Virus record (IMG/VR): IMGVR_UViG_3300004097_000002
Length of the DNA: 42,242 nt
Source of the DNA: a virus
Reading direction: 5' to 3' (one strand)
Positions 8,529 to 18,479 of this stretch are shown here, piece by piece. The stretch's first letter is position 1, and every line of letters starts with the position of its first letter. The position numbers and the translations under genes are program-made. Under the pieces are notes generated by a model. The model was not told the origin of the DNA, ran no database searches, and saw only the letters and a program-made list of their open reading frames with translations.

Positions 8529-10076
8529 TTAACTTGGCATTGCTACTGTAGGAAGATACGCAAAAACTTCATGCAATAACGTATAACCGTTCGTATTTTC
8601 TGCGCCCGCTGGTTCAAGTGGTACAGTAATTGGTGCGTCTTTTTCTACGTTCAAACGACCACCGCCCAAACCGAGCAAAGGAATATCAAATATAAAACCT
8701 GCATTTTTTGCAGCACCTATAATTGACAAACCAACGTCGGCATTTGCGCGAACTGCTTTCACTGCTGCAACCGTTGTGAAATACGCTGTTAAACTTCCGC
8801 CGACTTCGAAGTTCCCTGCTGTTGTATCAAAAGCACCCAAAATACCAACCGCTTTATTTGGTGATACGTTGTTGTTAATTGAAATTGTTGCTTCTGATAC
8901 ATAACCAAACAAAGCCGTCGGTGTAGACGACGCTGCGTTGTGGACTGCCATTTTTATTCTGTAAATGTCGGACGATGTATTGTACGCGTCTTCACCTGGT
9001 GCCGAATTTCGCGTTCCTACTTTCAATTTGTCGCCTGTGTCGCCGCTTCTGTACGTATTGGCACAAGCAATAAAACCCAAGTCCGCGTTAAGCTTGTCGG
9101 CCTGCGGAATGTTAAGCGTAAACTCATTCGAAACCGCGCCTTCTAAATATTCGGCCTGCGTTCCGTTTTCACCTTCGCCTAATTGACGTTCGATATTGTA
9201 AGAACGGCGTTTAATCAACGAAGGTATTTTTTCGTTTTTAATAACAGTTCCGACAAACATTCGAATCGACTTGCCCGTTCCCGTTTCCGTAACGCCTGCA
9301 AAAGTTGTATCGTCAAATACAATTGAATTTGCAGAAATTGACTTGATTCGAGCATAGCCCACATTATTTGCAAATCGATTCGCAGCAAGGTCGCCGCCAA
9401 TAAATACCCAAATTCCAGGGAACAAGCTTGTAAAAGAAGTGAAAACCGTTGTTGTTGAAACAATGGACGCAACACCGTCAACAATTGCAAAATTAACGTC
9501 GGCTGCTGCGAACTGATAACCAACAGTTTCGAAACTTGCTGTCGAAGGTGCTGTTTCATTAATTAGCGATTCGGTAACGACGACAGTCGTCGCAGTTGAA
9601 GACGCAACCGTTTTTAATCCGTTGTTTGACGCATTTGCAAAGCCTTTTGCAAAAATCATTTGACCCGCAGCAAAAGAAGTACCGCCGGAAGACAATGCGT
9701 ATGTTTTAGTTGTAGCAGTAACAGCCCCGATTGTTAAAGCTGCGCTGTTTAAAGGACTTGTTGACGGCAATTGGCGAGCGTCCGCAAAAAAGAAACCTTG
9801 CAAAATACGGGTGATATTCGATTTTGTAAAATCTGTATTAAAACCGCCCGACGCATCAAGGTCTGTTATTGCACCTTTTTTGTTTTGGCGAGAAGGGTCA
9901 ATCGGTGCGCGGGCAACTGTTGAAAGGTCGCCGCCGAAATCACTGTACGAGTTTGGTTCCAATCCGAACCAAACTGCGCTCGCCCCTGCTGTGCCTGGTA
10001 ATTCTTTTAAACATTCTTCTTCCGCGAACGAAAGCCCCGTTATATTACTATCTATTTTGCTAATTTTACAAACCAT
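8529..10076 (-). CDS. Major tail (tube) protein, large form
   Basis: 515 aa with an AAGGGG RBS. It lies between the terminator-like protein and the chaperones and is followed by a terminator, which suggests high expression. It is beta-rich. Confidence 0.65.
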   Translation of the reverse strand: MVCKISKIDSNITGLSFAEEECLKELPGTAGASAVWFGLEPNSYSDFGGDLSTVARAPIDPSRQNKKGAITDLDASGGFNTDFTKSNITRILQGFFFADARQLPSTSPLNSAALTIGAVTATTKTYALSSGGTSFAAGQMIFAKGFANASNNGLKTVASSTATTVVVTESLINETAPSTASFETVGYQFAAADVNFAIVDGVASIVSTTTVFTSFTSLFPGIWVFIGGDLAANRFANNVGYARIKSISANSIVFDDTTFAGVTETGTGKSIRMFVGTVIKNEKIPSLIKRRSYNIERQLGEGENGTQAEYLEGAVSNEFTLNIPQADKLNADLGFIACANTYRSGDTGDKLKVGTRNSAPGEDAYNTSSDIYRIKMAVHNAASSTPTALFGYVSEATISINNNVSPNKAVGILGAFDTTAGNFEVGGSLTAYFTTVAAVKAVRANADVGLSIIGAAKNAGFIFDIPLLGLGGGRLNVEKDAPITVPLEPAGAENTNGYTLLHEVFAYLPTVAMPS

Positions 10077-10106
10077 GATTGGCCCCTTTTTTATTTGTTT
10101 TGTTGT

Positions 10107-11111
10107 TTATTTGAAAACGTCTTCGTACCAACTGCTTGCCAAATCGCCTACAATTGAACCTGTCTTTTCTTGCATAGTATCATATAAAACAGAACCGGAA
10201 CCTTCGTCAACAGCATAAAAAAACGCGCCTTGGTCCGAAGCTGTACATTCGATATTCCAAATAACAAAACGCGAATTAAGTTCGCCGGAATATCTTGTAT
10301 GAATTCGCGAAACCTGGCCGTAAGAAACCCCTACTATTTCAAAGGTATGCTTCAAACCATCCGTAGGAAAAACAAATCCGTCGTAAACACGAACACCGTC
10401 AATATAAGTATACACACGATCTGACCCGAAATACGTTCCCGATGATGTAACGCCGACTGTTATCGAATTTGAACCAGTTATGTGAGATAAAATTATAACC
10501 GTGCCCGTTGGGTTTTCTGTGTTTGCTAAAAAGTCAAATCTTAAAATATTACCACTTCGAAGCGCCATTGTAGGCAAAGAAAAATAATTCGAACCGCTTG
10601 GCTTGAAATAACTTCGCATTGGCTGCGGAACAATAATTTCGGCTTCTGGTATTACATAATTTAATTCATCGTATTCAAATTCGCCAACTATATTAAATCT
10701 TTCGTATAATTCTTCGTCCGGAATTTCGTTTATTCTTACATTTCTAAACCAAATGTTATTTTCTGTTGACTTTCCGCGAAATGCGTCACGCGCTATTTTT
10801 GCGAGTTGTTCACCAAGTCCGAAAGCGTTTGATTCAGATTTAGGACAAAACAATTGAACAAAGACGAGGCCCGACGCCGTATATTTTTTTTGACCCGGCG
10901 CACCTTCACACGTCGACAGCGTTGCTTGTTCTTCAAAAACAGTTTGTTTCGAAATACGACACCAAAATTTTGAACCATCCGGAATACTCCTTTTTTGCAA
11001 ACCCTGCCAACGTATTTCGGGAACATATCCGACAACTTCCGGCGTGTCTTCCTTCCATGCTGATAAAAAAAGCGCGTTTATTTCATCGTTAACTTTGTCA
11101 TATTCAATCAT
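10107..11111 (-). CDS. Tail terminator-like protein (gpU / DUF4128-like N-domain) fused to a beta-rich C-terminal domain
   Basis: 334 aa. The N-terminal ~150 aa follow the tail-terminator pattern (...IRWQGL...FWCRIS...GLVFVQLFCP...IWFRNVRI...). The C-terminal ~185 aa are extra. There is an ATGA overlap with the upstream gene. Confidence 0.55.
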   Translation of the reverse strand: MIEYDKVNDEINALFLSAWKEDTPEVVGYVPEIRWQGLQKRSIPDGSKFWCRISKQTVFEEQATLSTCEGAPGQKKYTASGLVFVQLFCPKSESNAFGLGEQLAKIARDAFRGKSTENNIWFRNVRINEIPDEELYERFNIVGEFEYDELNYVIPEAEIIVPQPMRSYFKPSGSNYFSLPTMALRSGNILRFDFLANTENPTGTVIILSHITGSNSITVGVTSSGTYFGSDRVYTYIDGVRVYDGFVFPTDGLKHTFEIVGVSYGQVSRIHTRYSGELNSRFVIWNIECTASDQGAFFYAVDEGSGSVLYDTMQEKTGSIVGDLASSWYEDVFK

Positions 11112-11488
11112 TGTTTAAATATCACCGTATAAAGTATTTTTTGCCCATTAGGCGAAAGCAAATCAATGCTTGCAATTCGCAACTGTTTGCCGTCGTAAAT
11201 AACAACGTCTTTCAAATTAGGTTCGAAATCAACGTTGCCCATTAAACCCATTGTAGAACCTTTCGGCACGTCGGTTCCGTTTATAAAGTTAAAGGACTGC
11301 ATTGCTTGCGTACTAACTGGCAAAAAGCAAATAACAACGTCTTTGTCTTCCGGGGTATACGCGCCAGGCTTCCAGGGCGTTAATTCTTCATCCGTAACAG
11401 GGTCGTCTATAATGCGCCATTTTGCAGCAACTCCGTTTTTCAAGATTAGCTTAATTGCTGTTTTTATTTGTCTGTCAAATTGAGCCAT
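11108..11488 (-). CDS. Head-tail joining / head closure protein candidate
   Basis: I chose the start at ATG 11488 (MAQFDRQ...) rather than 11563, which would overlap the upstream gene. 126 aa, placed between the adaptor and terminator-like genes. Confidence 0.5.
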   Translation of the reverse strand: MAQFDRQIKTAIKLILKNGVAAKWRIIDDPVTDEELTPWKPGAYTPEDKDVVICFLPVSTQAMQSFNFINGTDVPKGSTMGLMGNVDFEPNLKDVVIYDGKQLRIASIDLLSPNGQKILYTVIFKQ

Positions 11489-11492
11489 TTTT

Positions 11493-12011
11493 TTAAACCC
11501 GTCTAGTAAATATAGAAAATTTAGAAGAAGCGCATTCGCCAAACAAAGGCGCAAGCAAAGCATTTACCGCAGTAAATGTGGGCATGATTCCAACGCTTAA
11601 CGGGTTTGCGTATTCTGTTTCAATAGGACCTACTTTTTCGCTAATAACATAATCTTGCGGCGAAATGTTAGGCTGCAAATCGAAACCCGCATTTATTGCA
11701 AGCACAAGTTGTATTTGAGCGTTTATTAATGACTTTGGAATGATGTTAGAAGGTAGCGAATCGCAGTTTAAATAAACGCCGCTGCGGGGCCATGTTAGGG
11801 ATTGAGTCGAAGAAGTACGGGAACCTTGAAAACGACATTCTTGAACTTCGATATAATCGGCCGAATTGATAAGCATTGCCGCAATTTCGTCGTCGTCTGT
11901 TGGTAGTTCAATTCCTCTGTTTTCAGCGTAAAGCCTTGCATCTGCAACACTTGAAAAACTGTTTGCGTTTGCGACTTCCGTTCCGTCTTCTACAATTATT
12001 GAAATAGGCAT
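11493..12011 (-). CDS. Head-tail adaptor (gp6 / DnaT-like connector family)
   Basis: 172 aa. The N-terminus (ANANSFSSVADARLYAENRG...DDDEIAAMLINSADYIE) is typical of head-tail connector proteins, and the position after the capsid module fits. Confidence 0.6.
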   Translation of the reverse strand: MPISIIVEDGTEVANANSFSSVADARLYAENRGIELPTDDDEIAAMLINSADYIEVQECRFQGSRTSSTQSLTWPRSGVYLNCDSLPSNIIPKSLINAQIQLVLAINAGFDLQPNISPQDYVISEKVGPIETEYANPLSVGIMPTFTAVNALLAPLFGECASSKFSIFTRRV

Positions 12012-12077
12012 TTTTTGATATCACCTTGCGAAATGGCAAATAAGGCTTGCCCACAATTAGCAACAAGCCCGCTTTGT

Positions 12078-12452
12078 TTATACTGCTGTGTTTGGGTTCC
12101 ATTCCGGCGCTTTCTTGGCGTCTTCTGGTTTAATTGGTGCCTTTGTATTATCAACGGCTGTTTTCTTCTCAGTTTGCGCTTTTGGTGCTTTTTCGTCACC
12201 TACTAAGCTTGATAATTCCGAAAGTGCTTTTTCTTTTAAAGCAATTGCGTTTTCTGCTGTTTCAAATTTTGCAGCATAAAGCGGTGGAATTTTACCCGCA
12301 ACGCCGTCGCAAGTTTCAAGCGAATGAGCTTCGGAAGGAACCGCACGCGCGTTTCGAAAAACAACGTTTGCTGAAAGTTTAGCCGCTTCTTTGAAATCGT
12401 CACTTGTTGGGGCGTGACCGTCCACGAAAAATAAAATCTTTGCTGGCTTCAT
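12078..12452 (-). CDS. Hypothetical protein with a Lys/Ala/Pro/Glu-rich C-terminus
   Basis: 124 aa with a TAAGGT RBS. It lies just after the capsid-gene terminator. Confidence 0.6.
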   Translation of the reverse strand: MKPAKILFFVDGHAPTSDDFKEAAKLSANVVFRNARAVPSEAHSLETCDGVAGKIPPLYAAKFETAENAIALKEKALSELSSLVGDEKAPKAQTEKKTAVDNTKAPIKPEDAKKAPEWNPNTAV

Positions 12453-12477
12453 TTTATTGACCTTAATTTATGGTTAG

Positions 12478-12502
12478 AAAAAAGCGGGACCGAAGCCCCG
12501 CC
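12478..12502 (-). terminator. Rho-independent terminator after the major capsid gene
   Basis: The minus strand has GCGGGGC-UUCG-GUCCCGC followed by UUUUUU. Confidence 0.8.
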
Positions 12503-12516
12503 ATTGATTTAAAAAA

Positions 12517-13500
12517 TTAATTTGTTTCTACAATTACACCTGCAACGTCTTTGTCTGATGTTGCGTAACGGTCCCAATTTGTAGAAGTAAACAAAGCTGC
12601 GTCTGTTGGCGAAGCGCCGCCGTTTGCTTTATCCCATGCGAAACCCTTAATACCGACGTTGTAAGACCATTCCGCCTGATAAGTACGCGTAATGTTTTCG
12701 TCGCCTGTTTTAGTTTCTTCGGCTGCGTCAAAGTCGTTGTTTTGCCCAATCATTACGGCACCAGGTACAAGACCCAACGTATGATAAACGCTTGGCGTTG
12801 CACCAGCGCCAACAGAAACAAGATTTTGTGAATCAGTCATCACAAGCAATTTGCCGAATGGGTCGCGAATTACGTTAATGTTACCGTATGTAAATAAACG
12901 TTCGCTATTTGCTAAGTTTTTAGCGTAAAGCTTGTGCATTGGCGTACTGTGCATCAACCAAACAGCAATTTGCGAAGAAGCGTCGCCGAACTTCGCTTGA
13001 CCGTTGTTTAGGTTGTCCCAGCTTGGAAGGTTAGCGGGTGCGGTCAAACTCGTAGCATCGAAAACAACGCCAGGAACTTGAGCAAGTGCTGAATAAACAG
13101 AACCTAATCCCACATTTAGCATATCGGCCATTGTATCGACTGCTAATTGTTGGCCCATTGCTGCGCCTGCGACTTCTGGGTTTTGTTGAATCCATCGGAA
13201 TTGACCAGGGTCAAGGCGAATCGGCGGCGTTCCTGCTGCAACTTTTACCGACGTATCGATTAAGTGCTTCATTACTTTTTCAGAAACCGCACCGCTGCCG
13301 TATGCATTACGACGACGAACCAAGCCGCCCGATACTTTAGCAAAAAAAGCTGTGTCTGAATAATCGCCCTGGTGTGCCGCACCTTGAAGCGTAATTGCGC
13401 CTGATGTTGCACTGTTGAATAAATTAATTTGTTGGCGTAATACTTCTGTGAAAGAGTCGTACGCGTATTCGGAATAAACTGCTAAATCGGAAAGAGCCAT
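12517..13500 (-). CDS. Major capsid protein
   Basis: 327 aa, following the portal - MuF - scaffold order, with a strong terminator downstream. Confidence 0.8.
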   Translation of the reverse strand: MALSDLAVYSEYAYDSFTEVLRQQINLFNSATSGAITLQGAAHQGDYSDTAFFAKVSGGLVRRRNAYGSGAVSEKVMKHLIDTSVKVAAGTPPIRLDPGQFRWIQQNPEVAGAAMGQQLAVDTMADMLNVGLGSVYSALAQVPGVVFDATSLTAPANLPSWDNLNNGQAKFGDASSQIAVWLMHSTPMHKLYAKNLANSERLFTYGNINVIRDPFGKLLVMTDSQNLVSVGAGATPSVYHTLGLVPGAVMIGQNNDFDAAEETKTGDENITRTYQAEWSYNVGIKGFAWDKANGGASPTDAALFTSTNWDRYATSDKDVAGVIVETN

Positions 13501-13512
13501 TGTTAAGCGTCC

Positions 13513-14229
13513 TTATTGTTGGTTAGTTTGTGCTTTCGCTTCCGTTAAATGTGCTGCCAATTCTTTTGGCCCCATTTTCGAAAGGTCTGCTTTGTTTTGT
13601 TCGCCGTTAAAATTCGGGGCACTGCCTCCAATATTCGAAGGTTTTTCGGCACCGCCGGACGCCTTACTAGCTGTGATAATAGCAGAATAGTCCGCGTCTG
13701 CAACAAATTCCGCTTTAAGTTCTGCAATTGTTAACGCGGAAGGTTGACCGTTTTTGTCAAGAATACGCGTTGTCGGTTCGTCTGTGTCAAAGTTTGCTTG
13801 AAGGCGTGAACGAATATGAGGTATTAATAATTTCGGCGCTGTTTTGCTCAACTCCGTAGCTAATTGCAACGCAATGTTATCAACCAGGCTTTTTGTTGTG
13901 TGCGCCGTTAATTTATTAACCTTCGTTTCATATTCCGTTTTTTGCGAATCAAGCTTTGTTTGCCAACTTTTTTCGAGTGTTGCGATATCGCCCTTTTTGC
14001 GTGCGTCGTCCGTGCCTAGTGCGTCAAGTTGGTCCTGTGCTTCTTTCAGTGCTTTTTCTGCATCCTTGCGAAGTTGTGATTCTCTGTCTTTTGCGCGCTT
14101 TAATGCGCCGTTGTCTTCGTCGCCTTCTAAATCTAAACGAAAGCCTTCGCCGTCTTCAATGTATTCAGCTTTCATTACTTCCGAAAGTGCGTCGTGTTGT
14201 GCTTTTGTAATTTTCTTTTTAAGCGCCAT
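13513..14229 (-). CDS. Scaffolding protein
   Basis: Highly charged coiled-coil protein between the MuF-like and capsid genes. I chose the start at ATG 14229 (MALKKK), 9 nt after AAGGAG; the ORF-track start at 14235 is a TTG. Confidence 0.7.
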   Translation of the reverse strand: MALKKKITKAQHDALSEVMKAEYIEDGEGFRLDLEGDEDNGALKRAKDRESQLRKDAEKALKEAQDQLDALGTDDARKKGDIATLEKSWQTKLDSQKTEYETKVNKLTAHTTKSLVDNIALQLATELSKTAPKLLIPHIRSRLQANFDTDEPTTRILDKNGQPSALTIAELKAEFVADADYSAIITASKASGGAEKPSNIGGSAPNFNGEQNKADLSKMGPKELAAHLTEAKAQTNQQ

Positions 14230-14268
14230 TTTCAAGGACTCCTTGGTTTGTTTTGTTAATACACTGTA

Positions 14269-15360
14269 TTAACGGGATAGTATTTCGTTTATTTTCTTTC
14301 TAAATTGGGCAAAGGTCAAGTATTGTTTTGAATCATATTTACCAACGTCATTCGCTTTTATCTTTCCGGTGCGAATTGCGGCGGCTCCTTCTTTTGTTAA
14401 AATGTCGTCTTGTACGTTAAACGGCTGTCTTATAACCCATGCATAAAACGTTTCTTCGATGATATCTTTCGCATTAAATAACGGTGATATGTGGGAACGG
14501 CAACGAATATGCGCCGGGGGTAATGGACCCATGCCGAAAACGAATGTTTGCAAATTGCGGCTTCTGCAAATTGGCGTTGTGCCTCCGTCCATCACCGACC
14601 GCCAAACATAACGACCGAAAATTGAAGAAACAACACCAGCGGCAACAATCGAACCAACGTGCGAAAACGACGTGCTTATAACTGCGCTTGCTTGTGTGTT
14701 AAGCCTTTGCATTTGCGACGATGTGCCTTGTATGTTGTCGCCTTCACCGAGCAATTGCGAAAGCGTTTCGCTTACTGTCAATTTGTTAGCCCATGCTTTA
14801 CGAATTATATTTTCAACGCCCGCTTGTGCTGAATTAGCAAACGTTTTAATAAAAGGAAGTAAATACAATCCGTTTGCTGGTATTGGTGAATTTACAATTT
14901 GCGACCAAATTTTTTCGTCGCTTCCTGTGACAGCAGCCAAACCGAAAAGCGGGTTTGCTTCGTTGTTTTGCGTTTCAATTAAAAACTGAATTGCTTCTTC
15001 GTCCGAAATAATTTCGCTTTCTTCGTCGTCAAGTTCAATATAACCAGTAACCCATGCGCGGCGGTTTACTTCCAAATCAACGCGCATAAATTCTTTTAAT
15101 TGATTCAACAACATTTCTGTGTATTGCGTGTAAATCTTAGATTGTGATTTTCTAAGTTCAATTACAAGTTTGTTCAACTGCGCTTTCGAAAGGCCGTCCA
15201 ATGTTTTATATTGAACACGACCTAGTAAGTTTATAAGCGTTTTGTTTACGTCGCGAATTACAAATGCGAATTGTTTCGACTGATAAACGGCAACGTCTTC
15301 CGTATATACAGCAAGCCTTGTTGAAATGTCATACAATCGCATGTTATCAGAAAGAGCCAT
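14269..15360 (-). CDS. Head morphogenesis protein (Mu F / SPP1 gp7 family)
   Basis: 363 aa immediately after the portal gene, with a GGAGG RBS. The C-terminal MDGGTTPICRSRN motif resembles the MuF-family conserved Cys region. Confidence 0.7.
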   Translation of the reverse strand: MALSDNMRLYDISTRLAVYTEDVAVYQSKQFAFVIRDVNKTLINLLGRVQYKTLDGLSKAQLNKLVIELRKSQSKIYTQYTEMLLNQLKEFMRVDLEVNRRAWVTGYIELDDEESEIISDEEAIQFLIETQNNEANPLFGLAAVTGSDEKIWSQIVNSPIPANGLYLLPFIKTFANSAQAGVENIIRKAWANKLTVSETLSQLLGEGDNIQGTSSQMQRLNTQASAVISTSFSHVGSIVAAGVVSSIFGRYVWRSVMDGGTTPICRSRNLQTFVFGMGPLPPAHIRCRSHISPLFNAKDIIEETFYAWVIRQPFNVQDDILTKEGAAAIRTGKIKANDVGKYDSKQYLTFAQFRKKINEILSR

Positions 15361-15362
15361 TT

Positions 15363-16868
15363 TTATTCCTCCTTACCCACATTATCATCGTTGGAAGAAC
15401 CGTCGCCAGGTTCGTTTGCAACTGCTGCGATTGCCATTGCTGCAACTGTGTCGGCCGCAATCTTAGTTTTTGCAACTGCGTCGTCTTCCGTTGCAACGCC
15501 TGTTTTTCTAAGCGAAGTTCGCATTTCTTCGAACGTAATTGCACCCTTCTGCCATTCTTCAACAACTTCGCGTCTTTCTTCCGGCGTCATTTGTGAAATG
15601 TCGAAATCTGTATTCAATTCGAATTTTACTGCTGTATCAGGTTGACCAACCCAACGAGCCGCCCATTTTAAAGCCCATTCAAATACAGCAGAAACGTTTT
15701 TTGCAGCAGTCGAAAGCGAAGACCCTTCGGAAGTAGCTTCAATCTGTGCTTCTGTTGCTGTTCGTTGGACTTCTTTTTGTTCAACAAGCTTTGCACCTAA
15801 TGCAATCATTTGTCGTTCTTTTGTGTCCATTGCTTCTTTAATCATTGTATTAGATTGCGCTTGAAGTAATGATGCCGTTGCACCAACAGGCAAAGGAATA
15901 CCACCGCGCGAACCGAAGTTTACAGACCCTTTTAAAACGCCCGTCACCCATTCTTCGGTTAATCCTGTTAACACTGGCGTCGGCTGTCCTACAATAAAAC
16001 AGCTTTCTTCATAGTCGGCACTGTTTCGATAATGCGCCATATTCAAAGAAGCCAAATCATAAAAGTTCGGATTGTCCGGGCTGCTGTCGTTGTTTTCAGA
16101 ACCGAAAAACATAAAAGGAATTCTGTTCAAACGAACCCCGTTTGAATCCGTTGGTTTGTAAATTGAATGCTGTTGAAAGTCGCCTTTCTTTACATTAATG
16201 CCGTCTGTTTTGGTCGGAATAGCTTCGCGCCATACTTCATGTATATATTCGCCGTTTTCGTCAAGTCTTAAAACGCGAAATTGTCCGGCGTTTGTCATTT
16301 CAAAACCGTCATCAAGAACACACCATGTTTCATAAATAACAACAAGCGACAATACTTCTTCGGCACCTCTGTCTGTCATTCGCCAATTTACAATTGTATC
16401 CGGTGTATAAACAAACAAAGTAGGACGAATTAAACCTTCTTCAAGTTCTTTAATTGAAGCACCCGTTCCGTTTGTAACAGGGTAGTCGATGAAAATTCCA
16501 CCGCGCGAAAATGCAAGATTTATCGACATTGCTTTTTTTGCAAGCTGCGTTAAATTAACACCGGACCCCGTTGCGTTTGCAACAAGCGGTTTTAAAAGCG
16601 AAGGAACTTCAATAACAGGGTCGCGCATGAATACTTGTCCGACCAGGCCGAACAAAGTTCGTCGAGTAACGTTATAAAAAACGGCTCTGTTTAAATAAGC
16701 GTCGTATCGTGCTTTGTTTTCCGGCGAAGTATCGGCCGCGTTCGGCATTGGTAAATACTTTGTCGTTTCTGCTTTTACCGTTGTTTCGCCCGAAAGTGCG
16801 TCGCGAATCAGTCTGTATTGCGGCAAAAGTCTTGTTAGTTCCAATCTTGTAAAAGCTACGTTCGGCAT
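15363..16868 (-). CDS. Portal protein
   Basis: 501 aa directly downstream of TerL, with a conserved-looking portal N-terminus (YRLIRDALSGE...KYLPMP...YDAYLNRAVFYN). Confidence 0.85.
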   Translation of the reverse strand: MPNVAFTRLELTRLLPQYRLIRDALSGETTVKAETTKYLPMPNAADTSPENKARYDAYLNRAVFYNVTRRTLFGLVGQVFMRDPVIEVPSLLKPLVANATGSGVNLTQLAKKAMSINLAFSRGGIFIDYPVTNGTGASIKELEEGLIRPTLFVYTPDTIVNWRMTDRGAEEVLSLVVIYETWCVLDDGFEMTNAGQFRVLRLDENGEYIHEVWREAIPTKTDGINVKKGDFQQHSIYKPTDSNGVRLNRIPFMFFGSENNDSSPDNPNFYDLASLNMAHYRNSADYEESCFIVGQPTPVLTGLTEEWVTGVLKGSVNFGSRGGIPLPVGATASLLQAQSNTMIKEAMDTKERQMIALGAKLVEQKEVQRTATEAQIEATSEGSSLSTAAKNVSAVFEWALKWAARWVGQPDTAVKFELNTDFDISQMTPEERREVVEEWQKGAITFEEMRTSLRKTGVATEDDAVAKTKIAADTVAAMAIAAVANEPGDGSSNDDNVGKEE

Positions 16869-16877
16869 GTTAATTCC

Positions 16878-18479
16878 TTAAGTCGGCATAATTAGTTTAA
16901 ATTTAGTCGCTGCTTTGTTTGCACCTTTTAAAGCGCGATACCTAACCATATCATAACAATGGTCTTCGGCTGTTGTGTCAACGTCGTCTATTTTCTTTTG
17001 GTCCCTTGGTAATGTGGGTAATATTTCAATACACGCGGAACAATTCGCCATGAAGTATAATCCCGGACCTTCCTTTTTAACAGAATTTTCGAGCCTGTCC
17101 CGAATTAGCTGCAAACCGATGATTCGCGAACCTGGTGATTTGTCCGACTCAATCCATCGAACGCCCTTCTTCGACATTATTTTTTCAATTGTGTCAAGTT
17201 CGCTATCTATTGTTTGCCTGATTCGATTATCCGCCGGACCGGGCCAAGGTTGCGAATATATCCAACCGTTCGCCATCATCGAAACTTCACGGTCGATAAT
17301 ACCTTGCGCAATATTAGACGCCGACAATTTCAAACCTTTGTTTGTTCCGATTTCTTCCGTTCCGTACCATTCGAACAATTGAATTAAGGAACCCGGCTGC
17401 GGGCAAAATGTAAACTCCGTGCCGTCACTTAAAACAATTAATGCTTCTGTGCCGTCGGCTTCTGCCCACCATCCCACACTAAAAGGATGTGACGAACCGT
17501 CGTCGTAAGCCCTATCAATACGCCAGCTAGAAGGAACAACAAAGCGCGGCAATACATGAATATGAGTTTGCCAAATATCGTCAAGCGCACCCCCTGCTGT
17601 AACGTCCCAATCACCATACAACCAGGCTTTTCGAAGGTTTTCATCTTTTATGCTTTCTAGTTCGGCAATGTAACCAGGCGGTAAATATTTGTTTTCGCGA
17701 TAGCTTCCGAATATTGCAACTTGTGTTCGTTCGACAGTTTCGTTTTTTTCGGTCTGCGGGTTGAATATTTCAATTTTTGTTCGAACTACTTTGCCACGCG
17801 GTGCGATTGTAATAAAACGACGTTTGACCCAATTGTGACCGGGGCCGTTTGGGTTTGTTGTGCTGAATATTTCCAAAGGTATTGGCGGAAGTGGCTTGCC
17901 GTCATTTGTCAAATAGCGAACGCTTTCGCCGTTTGTTGATTTCAATTGAGGCGTATTTATAACAGGGTCAAAAGACGAACGATTGACCGACATAAATTTG
18001 TCATACAGCGCGCCGCTGGGATGTTTTGTTAATTCGTTCCAGCCTATAAACGGGTATTCGTGACCGTGGAAGCCTTCATAATCTGCAATTTTCTTTACAT
18101 GACGAAAGAGAAGTTCTTCGCCACTAGGCCAAACCCATTTGTAAGCCGACGTTGATTCGTAGAACCTTGCACCGTCGCCGAATTTACCGAACCATTTTTT
18201 CGATTCAGTGACAAGACCCGACAAGTGATCAAATTCAAGGTCGAATATAACACCGCGCCAAAACTGGCCGTACCCTTTGCCAACATGACGAAGGAAGCGC
18301 ATTAACTGCGTTACTGTCTTTCCAGGACCGCGTGCGCCTTCATAAAGCGTATGGTCGCATCGAGAATCAAGCGCAATTGTTTGCGAACCTGGAAGCGGTC
18401 GCCATATTATTTCCGGGTCGGGCGAATTGACGACTTCTGTGTTTAAACTTCTTTGTTTAGTGGCGGCTTCGGCTAACAT
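16878..18479 (-). CDS. terL: Terminase large subunit
   Basis: 533 aa. It has a P-loop-like YEGARGPGKT, a C-terminal nuclease-like region with acidic motifs, and lies between TerS and the portal. Confidence 0.85.
   Translation of the reverse strand: MLAEAATKQRSLNTEVVNSPDPEIIWRPLPGSQTIALDSRCDHTLYEGARGPGKTVTQLMRFLRHVGKGYGQFWRGVIFDLEFDHLSGLVTESKKWFGKFGDGARFYESTSAYKWVWPSGEELLFRHVKKIADYEGFHGHEYPFIGWNELTKHPSGALYDKFMSVNRSSFDPVINTPQLKSTNGESVRYLTNDGKPLPPIPLEIFSTTNPNGPGHNWVKRRFITIAPRGKVVRTKIEIFNPQTEKNETVERTQVAIFGSYRENKYLPPGYIAELESIKDENLRKAWLYGDWDVTAGGALDDIWQTHIHVLPRFVVPSSWRIDRAYDDGSSHPFSVGWWAEADGTEALIVLSDGTEFTFCPQPGSLIQLFEWYGTEEIGTNKGLKLSASNIAQGIIDREVSMMANGWIYSQPWPGPADNRIRQTIDSELDTIEKIMSKKGVRWIESDKSPGSRIIGLQLIRDRLENSVKKEGPGLYFMANCSACIEILPTLPRDQKKIDDVDTTAEDHCYDMVRYRALKGANKAATKFKLIMPT

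Noticed and set aside
13844-14272. 142-aa plus-strand ORF antisense to the scaffold gene, and similar long antisense ORFs at 7427..7834, 9811..10218 and 16975..17382
   Set aside because: They are open by chance opposite GAA/AAA/GCN-rich coding sequence. They have Ser/Phe/Cys-rich implausible products, no RBS and no promoter, and they are fully embedded in well-supported genes.
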